From assembly GCA_900768345.1 (NCBI GenBank), contig CAAGCO010000007.1, positions 64,953-128,952 on the forward strand: a stretch of DNA of 64,000 bases. Reading direction: 5' to 3'. This DNA is from Bacilli bacterium. Its GTDB lineage: Bacteria > Bacillota_I > Bacilli_A > RF39 > UBA660. The translations under genes and the position numbers were made by a program. Below are positions 27,074 to 38,157 of this stretch, piece after piece. The notes beneath the pieces were generated by a model, which saw nothing but the letters and a program-made list of their open reading frames with translations, was not told the DNA's origin and searched no databases. The number at the start of each line of letters is the position of its first letter. Position 1 is the stretch's first letter.

Positions 27074-28594
27074 ATGAATTTTAAAGTTAGTGTGATAGTG
27101 CCAGTTTATAATGTATATGATTATTTGGATGAAACAATCAGGTCTGTGATTTCTCAATCTTTAGATTTTGAAAAAAATATTGAACTTGTTTTAGTAAATG
27201 ATGGTAGTCCAGATAAATCTCATGAAATTTGTGAAAAATATAAAAAGTTGTATCCTAAAAACATAGTTTATATAGAAAAAGAAAATAGTGGAGTCTCTGA
27301 TTCTAGAAATATTGGTTTTCAAAAATCTACTGCACCTTATGTTTTGTTTTTGGATTCTGATGATTTGATTAATAAAGCTTTTTTAAAAAAATTATGCGCT
27401 TTTTTAGATAAAAATAAAAATATTAATTTGGTTATATCTAGAGTTCGATTGTTTGAAGCTATAAATAAATGGCATTATATGGATTTTACCTTTAAAAACA
27501 ATAGAAAATTTGCTGATATAAATAATGATATTACTTTTTTACAATATCATAGTACTGGGGTACTTTTTAGAAGAAGTGCAATTAAGAAAATTAGATTTGA
27601 TAAAAATGTAAAATATGGAGAAGATATGAAATTCATGAGTGAAGTTCTTCTTCAAAACAATACGTTCGGTTTAGAAAAGAGTGCAGTATTGTATTATAGA
27701 AAACGTATATCACAAAATTCTGCTGTTAATACTCAGTTTTATGATAAAAGTTATTATACTGATACTATAAAAGACTCATTTATGTATATATTCAAACAAT
27801 GTATTAAAAAATATGGGTATGTAACTAAATATTTTCAATATTTTATTATGAATAGTATAGGTGAAAGAGTTAGAATAGATGTTAATATTGATGAAGTATT
27901 AAATTCTAATGAAAAAAAAGATTATTTAAATAATTTAAAATATTTATTAAAATATATAGATAATGACATAATAGTTATGCAAAAAAGAATGTCTTTAAAC
28001 GATAAAGTTTATTTTTATAGACTTAAAAATGGTTATAATGCTAAGGTTGAATACAAGGATAATGGAGTATATATAGATGGATATTTGTGTAATGTAAAAC
28101 TTGGAGATCTTGTTAAAATAGCTAAAATTGAAAATTCTAAAAATAATTTAAAGTTTTATTTAAAAGTAAACGATTATTTATTTCCAGATGCCATAGGTGT
28201 CTCTATAAATGGAAAACCACGTGAAATAAAAGAATGTGAAAAAAATAGTGATATAATTAGTGCTAAGTTTAGAAGTCTAGATTATAAAAATTATTATGTT
28301 GAAAAAATTTATTTTTTTGAGTTATCTAAGAATAAGAATTATAAGATTCATTTTTTCATTAATGATAATAAAATTACTTATGAAATAACTTCTAATGTTT
28401 TTAAACATAATTCATGGCCAAAAGCATATAAAAAAGTTCAAAATAAGATAGTATATATGGACCATAAAACAGTTTATATAAAAAATAAATATCAAATATG
28501 TAAATTAATGAAATATCTTTTTATTGACGCTTTAGTTGTATTAAAAAGAAATGGAATTAAAAGAGCCCTTGAGAAAGTAGTAGGTGATAGATAA
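27074..28594 (+). CDS. Family-2 glycosyltransferase with a C-terminal extension of about 250 aa
   Basis: The N-terminus carries the GT-A signature (VSVIVPVYNVYDYL...LVNDGSPD...LDSDD). Confidence 0.7.
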   Translation: MNFKVSVIVPVYNVYDYLDETIRSVISQSLDFEKNIELVLVNDGSPDKSHEICEKYKKLYPKNIVYIEKENSGVSDSRNIGFQKSTAPYVLFLDSDDLINKAFLKKLCAFLDKNKNINLVISRVRLFEAINKWHYMDFTFKNNRKFADINNDITFLQYHSTGVLFRRSAIKKIRFDKNVKYGEDMKFMSEVLLQNNTFGLEKSAVLYYRKRISQNSAVNTQFYDKSYYTDTIKDSFMYIFKQCIKKYGYVTKYFQYFIMNSIGERVRIDVNIDEVLNSNEKKDYLNNLKYLLKYIDNDIIVMQKRMSLNDKVYFYRLKNGYNAKVEYKDNGVYIDGYLCNVKLGDLVKIAKIENSKNNLKFYLKVNDYLFPDAIGVSINGKPREIKECEKNSDIISAKFRSLDYKNYYVEKIYFFELSKNKNYKIHFFINDNKITYEITSNVFKHNSWPKAYKKVQNKIVYMDHKTVYIKNKYQICKLMKYLFIDALVVLKRNGIKRALEKVVGDR

Positions 28595-28595
28595 T

Positions 28596-31034
28596 ATGGA
28601 TATAACTTTTATTAATTTATTTGGTAAATGTGATATAAAAGAAGATGTAAATATATTAAACATTGACAATCATAAAGATTTAAAAAAAATAAAAAATATA
28701 ACTACTAAATATGTTATGTTTTATAAAAATTCAAGTGAATTTAATAATGTTAATTTTTCTCATATCATAGATTTTATGAATACTAATAATATTTCTTTAT
28801 ATGCTTTGTGTCCTAAATATAAAAGTAATAACAAATTAATGAATGTTAATTTCAATAATAGGAATGGAATTATTTTAAGGGAAGAAGAAGTATTTAATTT
28901 GAATTTGGATTCTTATATTATCAGAAAAGATTTGTTGAATGATGTTATATATAATGAAATGTTTGAAGAAAATATTTTGTTGAAAATATTTTCTCAAGTT
29001 GATAAGTATTATCAATCTAATAATGAAGTAGTTATTAAGAAAATAGATATCATTAAAGATAATGCTTTATTTACAAATTATTCTAATAAAGAATGGTATT
29101 TGTCTTATGTAAAAAATTTAATTTCTTCTATATCTGATAAGCATTATATTAAAGCTTTAGTATTAAGTTTATATTTGGAAAGAATATATGTTAATTCTAA
29201 GGAATCAACTATTAAAATATTATCTAATGTTGAATATGATGAATTCATAGAATTATCAAAAAAACTTCTTGTTAAGATAGATGATGATTTATTATCGTAT
29301 GGTAATATAAATAAGAATATTAGTATATCTTGGCCTAAAATACCTTTTTTAGCTAAATTAAAATATAATCAAAGTTTTACTATTAAAAATGATGACTTAT
29401 ATTGCAATAATATTCTACTTTTTGAACGTAGTGAATTATCTATTAACGTGGTTACAATTAATTATAAAAATGGATATTTGTTATTTGATTGTAAGGTTAA
29501 TAGATATATGAAGGAATGTAATGATTTAGAAGTTATATATAATGATTCAAAAATTGATTATATTTCAACAAATATATATTCTGCTTCATATTTATTTGGT
29601 GAAAAGAGATATAGTGATTATACTTTTCAGTTTAAAATAGATATAAATTCAACTGGAAAATTAGTTTTTAAACTTAATAACAAAAAGATTAAAATTTTAT
29701 TCTCTGGTATACATAGTAAACTTAATGAAAAATATAAATCTTATTGGAACATAAAAAATAAATGTTTAAAATATAAGAATGATGAGATTGAAATTGTTAA
29801 CAGAAATTTCTTTAATACATTTATTTGTGAAATTAAGTATGATTTTTCTGTCTTACGAAGGGAAAAAAAGAAATGCATTAAAAGCTTATGCATGAGGTTA
29901 TTGTATTTTTTAACTTTACCATATTATTCTAAAAAAGATATTTGGCTTACTTTTGATAAGATATATAAAAGTGGTGATTGTGGAGAATACTTATATAGAT
30001 ATATTGTTAAAAGAAACAAATATATGTATTACGTATTGTCTCCTAAAGCAAAATTTTATAAAAAGATTAAAAGTGAAACAAAGAATGTTCTTGATTATGG
30101 AAGCCTTAAATGTAAGTTATTATGTTTCCATTCTAAGAAAATTTTTGTTAGTGATTCAATAAGTGCATACTATTGCAGTTTAAGTAATTATATGGCTGTT
30201 ATTAATAGAAATTTATTAAATTATCAAGTTAATTGTATTCAACATGGTCTTACAATGCAAGATATAGAACACAGACAAAATAGATTGTTTGATAATATTG
30301 ACAATTATTTTATTGCTTCTATATACGAAAAAAAGAATTTATTAAAGCCTGAATATGGATACAACGATGAACAAATTAAATTAACAGGTATTCCAAGATT
30401 TGATGGATTGAAAAGTAAGCCTAAAAATGTTATATTACTTGCTCCTACGTGGAGGGTTGATGTTGCAAGCAACATAGCAAAAGATAGAGTTAGAGTTCAT
30501 AATGATAATTTTAAAAATACTAATTATTTTAAGATATTTAATAGTATTATTAACAATAAAGAGTTATTAAAATTATTAGAAAAAAATAAATATGAAATGA
30601 TATTCTTAATTCATCCAACACTTATAAGTAATAAAGATGATTATGATAAAAACAAATATGTAAAAATATATTCAGCTGCTGATGTTAATTATGAAGATAT
30701 TTTAACTGAGGCTAAGTTAATGATTACTGATTATTCTGGGGTTCAATATGATTTTGCATATATGAATAAGCCAGTTATATATTTTCATACAAATGATTTG
30801 CCACCTTCTTATGGCGATGGTATGATGAATTATAAAACTATGGGGTTTGGTCCTATTGTTGAAAACGAAAATGAGTTAGTAAATTCTATTAAGAAGATAT
30901 TTGAAAATAAATTTAAAAATGAAAAAAAATATGCTGATAGAGTTAACAAATTTTTCGAATATCGTGATTACAATAGTTGCAAAAGAATATATGAAGTTAT
31001 TGCAGGTGAAAAAGATGATAAAAAGAGTAATTAG
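28596..31034 (+). CDS. Large TagF/TagB-family CDP-alditol phosphotransferase with an unassigned N-terminal region of about 430 aa
   Basis: The C-terminal half matches the TagF family (YVLSP...SDSISAY...IQHGLT...LAPTWR). An AGGTGAT Shine-Dalgarno sits in front of the ATG at 28596. Confidence 0.6.
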   Translation: MDITFINLFGKCDIKEDVNILNIDNHKDLKKIKNITTKYVMFYKNSSEFNNVNFSHIIDFMNTNNISLYALCPKYKSNNKLMNVNFNNRNGIILREEEVFNLNLDSYIIRKDLLNDVIYNEMFEENILLKIFSQVDKYYQSNNEVVIKKIDIIKDNALFTNYSNKEWYLSYVKNLISSISDKHYIKALVLSLYLERIYVNSKESTIKILSNVEYDEFIELSKKLLVKIDDDLLSYGNINKNISISWPKIPFLAKLKYNQSFTIKNDDLYCNNILLFERSELSINVVTINYKNGYLLFDCKVNRYMKECNDLEVIYNDSKIDYISTNIYSASYLFGEKRYSDYTFQFKIDINSTGKLVFKLNNKKIKILFSGIHSKLNEKYKSYWNIKNKCLKYKNDEIEIVNRNFFNTFICEIKYDFSVLRREKKKCIKSLCMRLLYFLTLPYYSKKDIWLTFDKIYKSGDCGEYLYRYIVKRNKYMYYVLSPKAKFYKKIKSETKNVLDYGSLKCKLLCFHSKKIFVSDSISAYYCSLSNYMAVINRNLLNYQVNCIQHGLTMQDIEHRQNRLFDNIDNYFIASIYEKKNLLKPEYGYNDEQIKLTGIPRFDGLKSKPKNVILLAPTWRVDVASNIAKDRVRVHNDNFKNTNYFKIFNSIINNKELLKLLEKNKYEMIFLIHPTLISNKDDYDKNKYVKIYSAADVNYEDILTEAKLMITDYSGVQYDFAYMNKPVIYFHTNDLPPSYGDGMMNYKTMGFGPIVENENELVNSIKKIFENKFKNEKKYADRVNKFFEYRDYNSCKRIYEVIAGEKDDKKSN

Positions 31035-32217
31035 TTCTATAAAAGATGGTACTTTTTTAAAAAAAGTATATAATAGGTTTTTTCTTATATATATATCTAT
31101 AGTTAGAAAAATTGTTGAACCTAGAATAAAAATTCAAAGTAATAAAATATTATTTTTAACATTCCAAGGAAATTATAATTGCAATCCAAAAGCTATCGCT
31201 GATGAAATTATTAAACGCGGTTTGAATTATGAGTTGATATGGGCGTGTAGAAAAGAAAACTTTAATGAAATTGATCAATATCCAAGCGAATTAAAGCTTG
31301 TTGACAGGATGTCTTTAAAGTTTTATAAGGAAGCTGCTAGTTGTAAGTTTATTATTGATAATGCTAATAATTTTGAATATCTTAAATTAAATAAAAAACC
31401 TGGTCAAATACTATTGCAACCATGGCATGGTTCAATGGGATTTAAAAGAATTGAAACTAACAAGAATTCTAATTGGATGAAGAAAGCAGAATATATGGAT
31501 AAAATTACTGATTACTGCATTGTAAATAGTACTTTTGAAATCGATGTATTTAGAAATACTTTTTGGAAAAATACTCCAATGTTAAAGTATGGTCATCCTA
31601 GAAATGATGTACTTTTTAATAAAAATAATGAATTTGAAATATATTCAAAAAAAGTTAAAAAAATGTATGGTATAGATGATGATACTAAAATATTATTATA
31701 TGCACCTACGTTTAGAGATAATAGCAGTTTTAATTCTTATGGTCTTGACTATAATAAGATATATGATGCACTTACAAAGAAGTTTTCCGGAAAATGGGTT
31801 ATTTTAGTAAGGTTTCATTACAAATTAAAAAATGCGAAGGTTGATAAAAAATATTTAAATAAGGTTATTAATGCAACAAATTATCCAGATATGCAAGAAT
31901 TAATGTGTGCTTGTGATATAGGAATTACTGATTATTCTAGTTGGATGTGTGATTTTGTATTAACGAGAAGACCCGGATTCTTATTTGCTACTGATATAAA
32001 TGAATATAATGATGAAAGAGGATTTTATTATCCATTAGAAAGTACTCCATTCAAAGTTGCAACTAATAATGAAGCGATGGTTAGAAACATACTTGATTTT
32101 AATGATACTAAATATCAAAAAGAAGTTGATAAGTTTTTAAAAGATAGAGGTTGTTTTGAAGAGGGAAAAGCATCTTCTAGGACTGTAAATAAAATTATTG
32201 AATTAACTGATAAATAA
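31015..32217 (+). CDS. TagF/TarL-family CDP-glycerol/CDP-ribitol phosphotransferase
   Basis: It carries the motifs LQPWHGSMGFKR and YAPTFRD. The start at 31015 overlaps the stop of the upstream gene by 20 nt. Confidence 0.65.
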   Translation: MIKRVISSIKDGTFLKKVYNRFFLIYISIVRKIVEPRIKIQSNKILFLTFQGNYNCNPKAIADEIIKRGLNYELIWACRKENFNEIDQYPSELKLVDRMSLKFYKEAASCKFIIDNANNFEYLKLNKKPGQILLQPWHGSMGFKRIETNKNSNWMKKAEYMDKITDYCIVNSTFEIDVFRNTFWKNTPMLKYGHPRNDVLFNKNNEFEIYSKKVKKMYGIDDDTKILLYAPTFRDNSSFNSYGLDYNKIYDALTKKFSGKWVILVRFHYKLKNAKVDKKYLNKVINATNYPDMQELMCACDIGITDYSSWMCDFVLTRRPGFLFATDINEYNDERGFYYPLESTPFKVATNNEAMVRNILDFNDTKYQKEVDKFLKDRGCFEEGKASSRTVNKIIELTDK

Positions 32218-32331
32218 TGTAAAGATGTCTTTAATAGTCATCTTTTCTTTTTGTAAAGATTTTGTCCAAAAATTGATTTTAATATATATGTATGCTAGAA
32301 TAAAAGTAGTATTTACCTTGAGGAGGGTTAT

Positions 32332-33111
32332 ATGAATATAGCTATAATTTTTGCCGGTGGTGTAGGGCAAAGAATGGGAAGTGATGTTCCTAAACAATTT
32401 TTAGAGGTTTATGGTAAACCTATTATTATTCATACACTAGAAAAATTTCAATATAATGAAAATATCGATTTAATTTATGTTGCCTGTAAGGAGGAGTTAA
32501 TTCCAGTTTTTGAAGAAATGGTTACTAAGTATCAGATTACAAAGATTCCTGATGGTGGTATTGTTGCTGGTGGTAAAACTGGGCAAGATTCTATATATAA
32601 TGCATTATGTGCTGCTAAACGTGATAATGAAGATGATTCTATAGTATTAATTCATGATGGTGTTAGACCAATAGTTACGGATGATGTTATAAATAAAAAC
32701 ATAGATAGTGTTTGTGAGTATGGTTCAGCAATCACATGTACTGCTTGTTATGAAACGCCAGTAATTAGTTATGATGGTATTAGTGTTGCTGATTTGCCAA
32801 AGAGAAAATATGTATATACTGCACAAGCTCCACAAAGTTTTAGATTAGGAGATGTGTTGAAGGTACATGAAAAGGTTAGAAAAGAAAATCCAGAGTATAC
32901 TGATATAGTAGATACTTGTACACTAATGTCTAAGAATGGATTTGATGTGCATATTATTGAGGGTAATAGGGGAAATATTAAAGTTACTACTCCTGAAGAT
33001 TATATTGACTTATTAGCAAGATTATCTGCTGAAGATCAAAAACAAATCTTTAATTTAATGGTTTCTAAAGAGAATAATAGTAAATTAATTTTAAAAAATG
33101 GTGATAAATAA
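32332..33111 (+). CDS. IspD/TarI-family alditol-phosphate cytidylyltransferase
   Basis: The N-terminus reads IAIIFAGGVGQRMGSDVPKQFL, typical of IspD/TarI. An AGGAGGG Shine-Dalgarno precedes it. Confidence 0.65.
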   Translation: MNIAIIFAGGVGQRMGSDVPKQFLEVYGKPIIIHTLEKFQYNENIDLIYVACKEELIPVFEEMVTKYQITKIPDGGIVAGGKTGQDSIYNALCAAKRDNEDDSIVLIHDGVRPIVTDDVINKNIDSVCEYGSAITCTACYETPVISYDGISVADLPKRKYVYTAQAPQSFRLGDVLKVHEKVRKENPEYTDIVDTCTLMSKNGFDVHIIEGNRGNIKVTTPEDYIDLLARLSAEDQKQIFNLMVSKENNSKLILKNGDK

Positions 33112-34196
33112 TGAATGACATTTTAAGAGAAGACGCTATTCAAGTAATTGATTCAAATAATGGTTTAAAAGATATATATAATTCTAAATTTTTAATTACT
33201 GGTGCTACAGGTATGATTGGTATGGGATTTGTAAATACTTTACTTACCTTAAATGATTTATATGGCGCTAATATTGAATTACATTTAGTTGTTAGAAATA
33301 AAAATAAATTACCTAATTATGTGCTTGAAAGTCCTAATGTTCATATTATTGAACAAGATATAGTTGATCCTATTAAGTGTGATATTAAAGCCGATTATGT
33401 AATTCATGCTGCTAGTCCAGCTAGTCCACTTATTATGAAAGAACATCCTGTTGAAACAAATTTTGCTAATACTATTGGTACTGCTAATGCTTTAAATTAT
33501 GCAAAAAAATCTAATTCTAAAGGATTTATGTTTATTTCATCACGAGAAATATATGGTCAACCTGAGGAAGGCCAAGAATATTTCTATGAAAATGGTAAAT
33601 ATGGACAAGTTGATCCTTTAGTACCTAGAAATGGATATGCAGAAGGTAAAAAAGCTGCTGAAAATATGTGTGCTGGATTTAAGCAAGAGTATGGTCTAAA
33701 CACAAAAATAGTTAGATTGGCACATACATATGGACCAGGCATGTCTATATATGATGGTAGAGTTCAAGCTGATTTTTTAAATAATATTGTTCATAATCAA
33801 GATATAGTATTAAAAAGCAAAGGCGAAGCAGTTAGAACATATACTTATGTTAGTGATGCAATCAATGCAATGTTTGATGTTCTTTTAAATTCTAAGGATA
33901 TGGTTTATAACATTGCCGATGAGGATTCTAAAACATCTATTAGAGAATTGGCCGAGACTTTAGTAAATATATATCCCGAAAGAAATCTAAAATTAGTATT
34001 TGATATACCTGAACAAGATAAAAATAATGGTTGTGCAGCATTCACTTTAGGTATTCTTTCAACAGATAAAATCAGAAATGAATTGGGTTGGAAACCTAAA
34101 TATTCTATACATGATGGTTTTAAGAGAACGGTTGATTATATAGAAAGCGAAATGCAAAAAGAAAAGCCTAAAGAGCTTAAACTTACTAATAATTAA
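33111..34196 (+). CDS. Extended-SDR NAD(P)-dependent reductase/epimerase; candidate reductase half of a CDP-alditol synthase
   Basis: It has a Rossmann motif (GATGMIGMGFV) and the catalytic YAEGKKAAE (YxxxK). It is coupled by ATGA to the cytidylyltransferase gene. A terminator lies at 34202-34234. Confidence 0.55.
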   Translation: MNDILREDAIQVIDSNNGLKDIYNSKFLITGATGMIGMGFVNTLLTLNDLYGANIELHLVVRNKNKLPNYVLESPNVHIIEQDIVDPIKCDIKADYVIHAASPASPLIMKEHPVETNFANTIGTANALNYAKKSNSKGFMFISSREIYGQPEEGQEYFYENGKYGQVDPLVPRNGYAEGKKAAENMCAGFKQEYGLNTKIVRLAHTYGPGMSIYDGRVQADFLNNIVHNQDIVLKSKGEAVRTYTYVSDAINAMFDVLLNSKDMVYNIADEDSKTSIRELAETLVNIYPERNLKLVFDIPEQDKNNGCAAFTLGILSTDKIRNELGWKPKYSIHDGFKRTVDYIESEMQKEKPKELKLTNN

Positions 34197-34271
34197 GATT
34201 TGAAGATACTTACGATGTAAGTATCTTCTTTTAATATATAAATTATGGTATAATTATTTTGTGATGAACTT

Positions 34272-35408
34272 ATGAAAATTTTGCTTATTAAAATTATTAT
34301 TTTATTATTAAATTTTATTTATTTCTTTTTAAAATTATTGCCTACTAAAAATAAGATTGTTATGATAAGTAGACAATCTAACAGTGAAACTTTAGATTTT
34401 GAATTAATAAGAAAAGAAATAAATAAACATAATAAATATAAAGTTATTGTTTTATGTAAAAAGTTAGAAGGTAAAGAGAATGCTAAAATAAAAAGTTTGA
34501 TTTTATATGGTTTTAACATGTTGATTCAAATGTATCATTTGGCTACATCTAAAGTTTGTATAATTGATTCTTATTGTATATGTGTAAGTGTTCTTAAGCA
34601 TAAAAAGAAACTTAAGATTATACAAATATGGCATTCTATTGGAACTATGAAAAAGTTTGGTTATGAGATACTTGATCAAGAGGAAGGGTCTTCAACTAAG
34701 ATAGCTAAAGCTATGAAAATGCATAAAAATTATGATGCTATTTTATGTGGTGGGAAAGGATATATTGACGATTTATGTCGTGGTTTTAATTGTAGTGAGG
34801 ATAAAATAGAATTAATTCCTCTTCCAAGAGTAGATAAATTAACTGATAAAAATAATATAAAATCATTAAAAAACGATATACTTATTAAGTATCCTAGATT
34901 AAAAAATAAAAAAAATATATTATATTGTCCAACTTTTAGAAAAAATGAAAATAATATGAAATTATATGTACAAAAATTGATTGATAGCGTTGATTATAAA
35001 AAATATAATTTAATTATTAAATTGCACCCATTAAGTAATATTAAAATAAATAATAAAAAAGTTATTTTAGCACAAGAATTTAGTTCTGCTGATATGATAG
35101 TTGTAAGCGATTATGTAATTACTGATTATTCATGTATATTATATGAGGCTGGACTTTTGAATAAGCCATTATATTTTTATGCTTTTGATTATGATGATTA
35201 TAATAAAAATAGAAGTTTAAATATTGATTATTATAATGAATTGCCTGGAGTCATATCTGGTAACATTAATGATATATTAAAGTCAATAGATTCTGAAAAA
35301 TATGATTATGTTAAACTTAATAAATTTATAAAAAAATATGTTGATGTTAATGGTAACAGTAGTGAAAAAATATATAAATTAATAGAAAGGTTAGTAGATG
35401 AAAAATAG
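34272..35408 (+). CDS. TagB/TagF-family CDP-glycerol glycerophosphotransferase
   Basis: The 378-aa protein carries the motifs IWHSIGTMKKFG and YCPTFR. Confidence 0.65.
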   Translation: MKILLIKIIILLLNFIYFFLKLLPTKNKIVMISRQSNSETLDFELIRKEINKHNKYKVIVLCKKLEGKENAKIKSLILYGFNMLIQMYHLATSKVCIIDSYCICVSVLKHKKKLKIIQIWHSIGTMKKFGYEILDQEEGSSTKIAKAMKMHKNYDAILCGGKGYIDDLCRGFNCSEDKIELIPLPRVDKLTDKNNIKSLKNDILIKYPRLKNKKNILYCPTFRKNENNMKLYVQKLIDSVDYKKYNLIIKLHPLSNIKINNKKVILAQEFSSADMIVVSDYVITDYSCILYEAGLLNKPLYFYAFDYDDYNKNRSLNIDYYNELPGVISGNINDILKSIDSEKYDYVKLNKFIKKYVDVNGNSSEKIYKLIERLVDEK

Positions 35409-36369
35409 AAAGAAAAATAATAAAAAGTATTATAATTCAATAATTACGATGCTGACTTTTGGTGTTTTATTGATTGGTATATTATTGACTGTTCATATAT
35501 TTGATTGTAAAAAAATAAGCAAATTAAATAATGAGTCTAAGGAATATAGACAAAAAAATAATATATTAAATGAAAAAAACGAAGATTTACTGAAAAGGTT
35601 AGAAAAAATTCAAAATAAAATTTATATCGGTGAACCTGGTATGGCTACTAAAATACCAATTATCACATTTCATAGAACTGTGGATAGTGAGTCTAAAAAG
35701 AAATATTTTTCTGATTCAGAGTGGGTGAATGATTTATCTGTCACTGATGCAGAACTTAAATATTTATATGACAATGGATGGAAGTCAATAGATTTGGACG
35801 AATTTTATTGTTGGTATAATAAAGATTGTGAATTTCCAGAAAAAACTTTTGTTATAACTATTGATGACGGTGATAGTGAAGCCTATTATAATATTCTTCC
35901 TATATTGGAAAAATACAAATTTAAAGCAACTTTATTTGCTATAGGTAAAAGTATTCCAGAAAAAACTGAACCTTTGAGTGAGCCAAAAAGATTAAAACTT
36001 GGTTATGATAAAATAAAAGAATTACGTGATAATAATTCGCTATTGCAAGTTGAAAGTCATACATATGATTTACATCATATGGTTGGCAAAAAAGAAGCGG
36101 TTTTAACGAAAAGCGAAAAAGAATTAAATGAGGATTTTAAATATAATGAAAAATATGATTTTAAATATTTAGCTTATCCTTATGGACAATACAATAAAAA
36201 AATGTTAACTGTAACTGCTAATAGTAACATAAGAATGGCATTTAAATTTAGAAGGGGTACTTATGCTACAAGACTTGACAATAAGTATGAAATATCAAGA
36301 ATTAAAATTAATAGTTTTATGAAACTTGATGAATTTAAAAAAATATTTGCATATGCTAAAGGAGAATAA
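35398..36369 (+). CDS. Polysaccharide deacetylase (NodB-homology) with an N-terminal TM helix and a coiled-coil
   Basis: It carries the motifs TIDDGDSEAYYNILPILEKYKFKATLF and ESHTYDLHH. Confidence 0.6.
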   Translation: MKNRKKNNKKYYNSIITMLTFGVLLIGILLTVHIFDCKKISKLNNESKEYRQKNNILNEKNEDLLKRLEKIQNKIYIGEPGMATKIPIITFHRTVDSESKKKYFSDSEWVNDLSVTDAELKYLYDNGWKSIDLDEFYCWYNKDCEFPEKTFVITIDDGDSEAYYNILPILEKYKFKATLFAIGKSIPEKTEPLSEPKRLKLGYDKIKELRDNNSLLQVESHTYDLHHMVGKKEAVLTKSEKELNEDFKYNEKYDFKYLAYPYGQYNKKMLTVTANSNIRMAFKFRRGTYATRLDNKYEISRIKINSFMKLDEFKKIFAYAKGE

Positions 36370-36370
36370 A

Positions 36371-37891
36371 ATGAAGAAAAGTATAACTGATTATTTAGAT
36401 TTAACGAGTAAAAAGTATCCTGATAAAGTAGTTTTTGCTGAAAATGAAAATGTATTTATTACATATAAAGATTTTGTTCTTGAATCAAAGAAGATAGGTA
36501 GTAATATAATAGAAAAATATAATTTATATAAGATGCCTATTATTGTGTTTATAGATAAAAGTATTAATACTTTGTTATCTATGTTTGGTGTATTATATAG
36601 TGGTAATTTTTATACTGTTGTTGATACTATGTCACCTAAAAATAGAATAGATTCAATAATCGATACATTAAAACCATCATTAGTAATAACTGATGATAAA
36701 AATATAGAGAAGTTTAAATCTTTGGGATATGATATTCCAGTGTTAAATATATCTTCTTTAAATAAAACAAATGATAAATTATTAGAGTGTGCTAGAAATA
36801 AAGTAATAGATAGTGATGCAGCATACGTATTATTTACCAGTGGTTCTACTGGAGTACCAAAGGGTTCTGTTATAAGTCACAAGTCTGTTATTGAATACAC
36901 AGATTGGTTTAAAAATGCATTTAATATAAATAGTAGAACTATATTTGGAAATCAAACGCCATTTTATTTTAGTATGTCGATAAGTGATGTTTTCACTAAT
37001 ATAATGGTTGGATCTACGCTGTATATTATTCCTAAAGTATGTTTTAGTTTTCCTGTTAAATTAATTGAGTATTTAAATATCAATAAAATAAATACTATAT
37101 ATTGGGTTCCAAGTGCTTTATGTATTGTTGCAAATATGAAAACATTTGATTATGTCAAACCAAAATATTTAAAAAAAGTGTTATTTGCTGGTGAAGTAAT
37201 GCCTATGCCTCAACTTAATATATGGCGACATCATTTGCCAAAGCTAATGTATGCTAATTTATTTGGTCCAACTGAAACAACTGATATATGCACTTATTAT
37301 ATTGTGAATAGAAAATTTAAAGATAATGAAACTTTGCCAATAGGTAAGCCGTGTGAAAATACTGATATTTTAATTATTAAAGATGACAATACTCTTGCTT
37401 GTGATGGTGAAGTAGGAGAACTTTATGTAAGAGGAAGTATTGTCGGAAGTGGTTATTATAATAATTCTGAGAAAACAAATTCTACATTTGTAATTAATCC
37501 TCTTAATAATGCTTATCCTGAAATATTATATAAAACTGGGGATTTAGGTAAATATAATGAATATGGTGAAATAGAGTATTTAGGTCGAAAAGATTTTCAA
37601 ATTAAACATATGGGTTATAGAATTGAACTTGGTGAAATAGAAACTAACATAAATTCCATTGATGGAATTATATCATCTTGTTGTATTTATGATACAAAGA
37701 ATAATTTAATTGTGTTATTTTATGAATCTTTTAAATTAAATGATGCTGAAATACTTGAATTTAGTAATAAAAAATTAGTAAAATATATGCAGCCAAACAA
37801 AATTATTAAATTATCAAAAATGCCTCATAATGCTAATGGTAAAATTGATAGAGCAAAATTAAAAACTATGTATGAAGAAATGGAGAAATGA
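36371..37891 (+). CDS. dltA: DltA-like adenylating enzyme (D-alanine--carrier protein ligase family)
   Basis: The AMP-binding motifs LFTSGSTGVPKG, YKTGDL and GRKDFQIKHMGYRIELGEIE are present. A GGAGAA Shine-Dalgarno sits in front of the ATG at 36371. Confidence 0.75.
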   Translation: MKKSITDYLDLTSKKYPDKVVFAENENVFITYKDFVLESKKIGSNIIEKYNLYKMPIIVFIDKSINTLLSMFGVLYSGNFYTVVDTMSPKNRIDSIIDTLKPSLVITDDKNIEKFKSLGYDIPVLNISSLNKTNDKLLECARNKVIDSDAAYVLFTSGSTGVPKGSVISHKSVIEYTDWFKNAFNINSRTIFGNQTPFYFSMSISDVFTNIMVGSTLYIIPKVCFSFPVKLIEYLNINKINTIYWVPSALCIVANMKTFDYVKPKYLKKVLFAGEVMPMPQLNIWRHHLPKLMYANLFGPTETTDICTYYIVNRKFKDNETLPIGKPCENTDILIIKDDNTLACDGEVGELYVRGSIVGSGYYNNSEKTNSTFVINPLNNAYPEILYKTGDLGKYNEYGEIEYLGRKDFQIKHMGYRIELGEIETNINSIDGIISSCCIYDTKNNLIVLFYESFKLNDAEILEFSNKKLVKYMQPNKIIKLSKMPHNANGKIDRAKLKTMYEEMEK

Positions 37892-37895
37892 AAAA

Positions 37896-38120
37896 ATGAA
37901 AAATGAAATTATTGAAGTGCTTAACGATGTTAAAGCAGGAGTAGATTATGCAAAAGAAGAAAAACTAATAACAGATGGTATTCTTACATCTTTTGATATT
38001 ATTATGCTTGTATCACTACTTAATAATAAATTTAATGTTGAGATAGGCGTTATGGATTTAGTTCCAGAAAACTTTGAATCTGTAAGTACAATTGAATCTC
38101 TAATAAATAAATTAAAATAA
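37896..38120 (+). CDS. dltC: DltC-like D-alanyl/acyl carrier protein
   Basis: The 74-aa protein carries LTSFDIIMLV with the phosphopantetheine-acceptor Ser. A GGAGAAA Shine-Dalgarno precedes it. Confidence 0.65.
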   Translation: MKNEIIEVLNDVKAGVDYAKEEKLITDGILTSFDIIMLVSLLNNKFNVEIGVMDLVPENFESVSTIESLINKLK

Positions 38121-38157
38121 TGAGATTATATTTAAATATGAATGAGTGGTGTTTTAT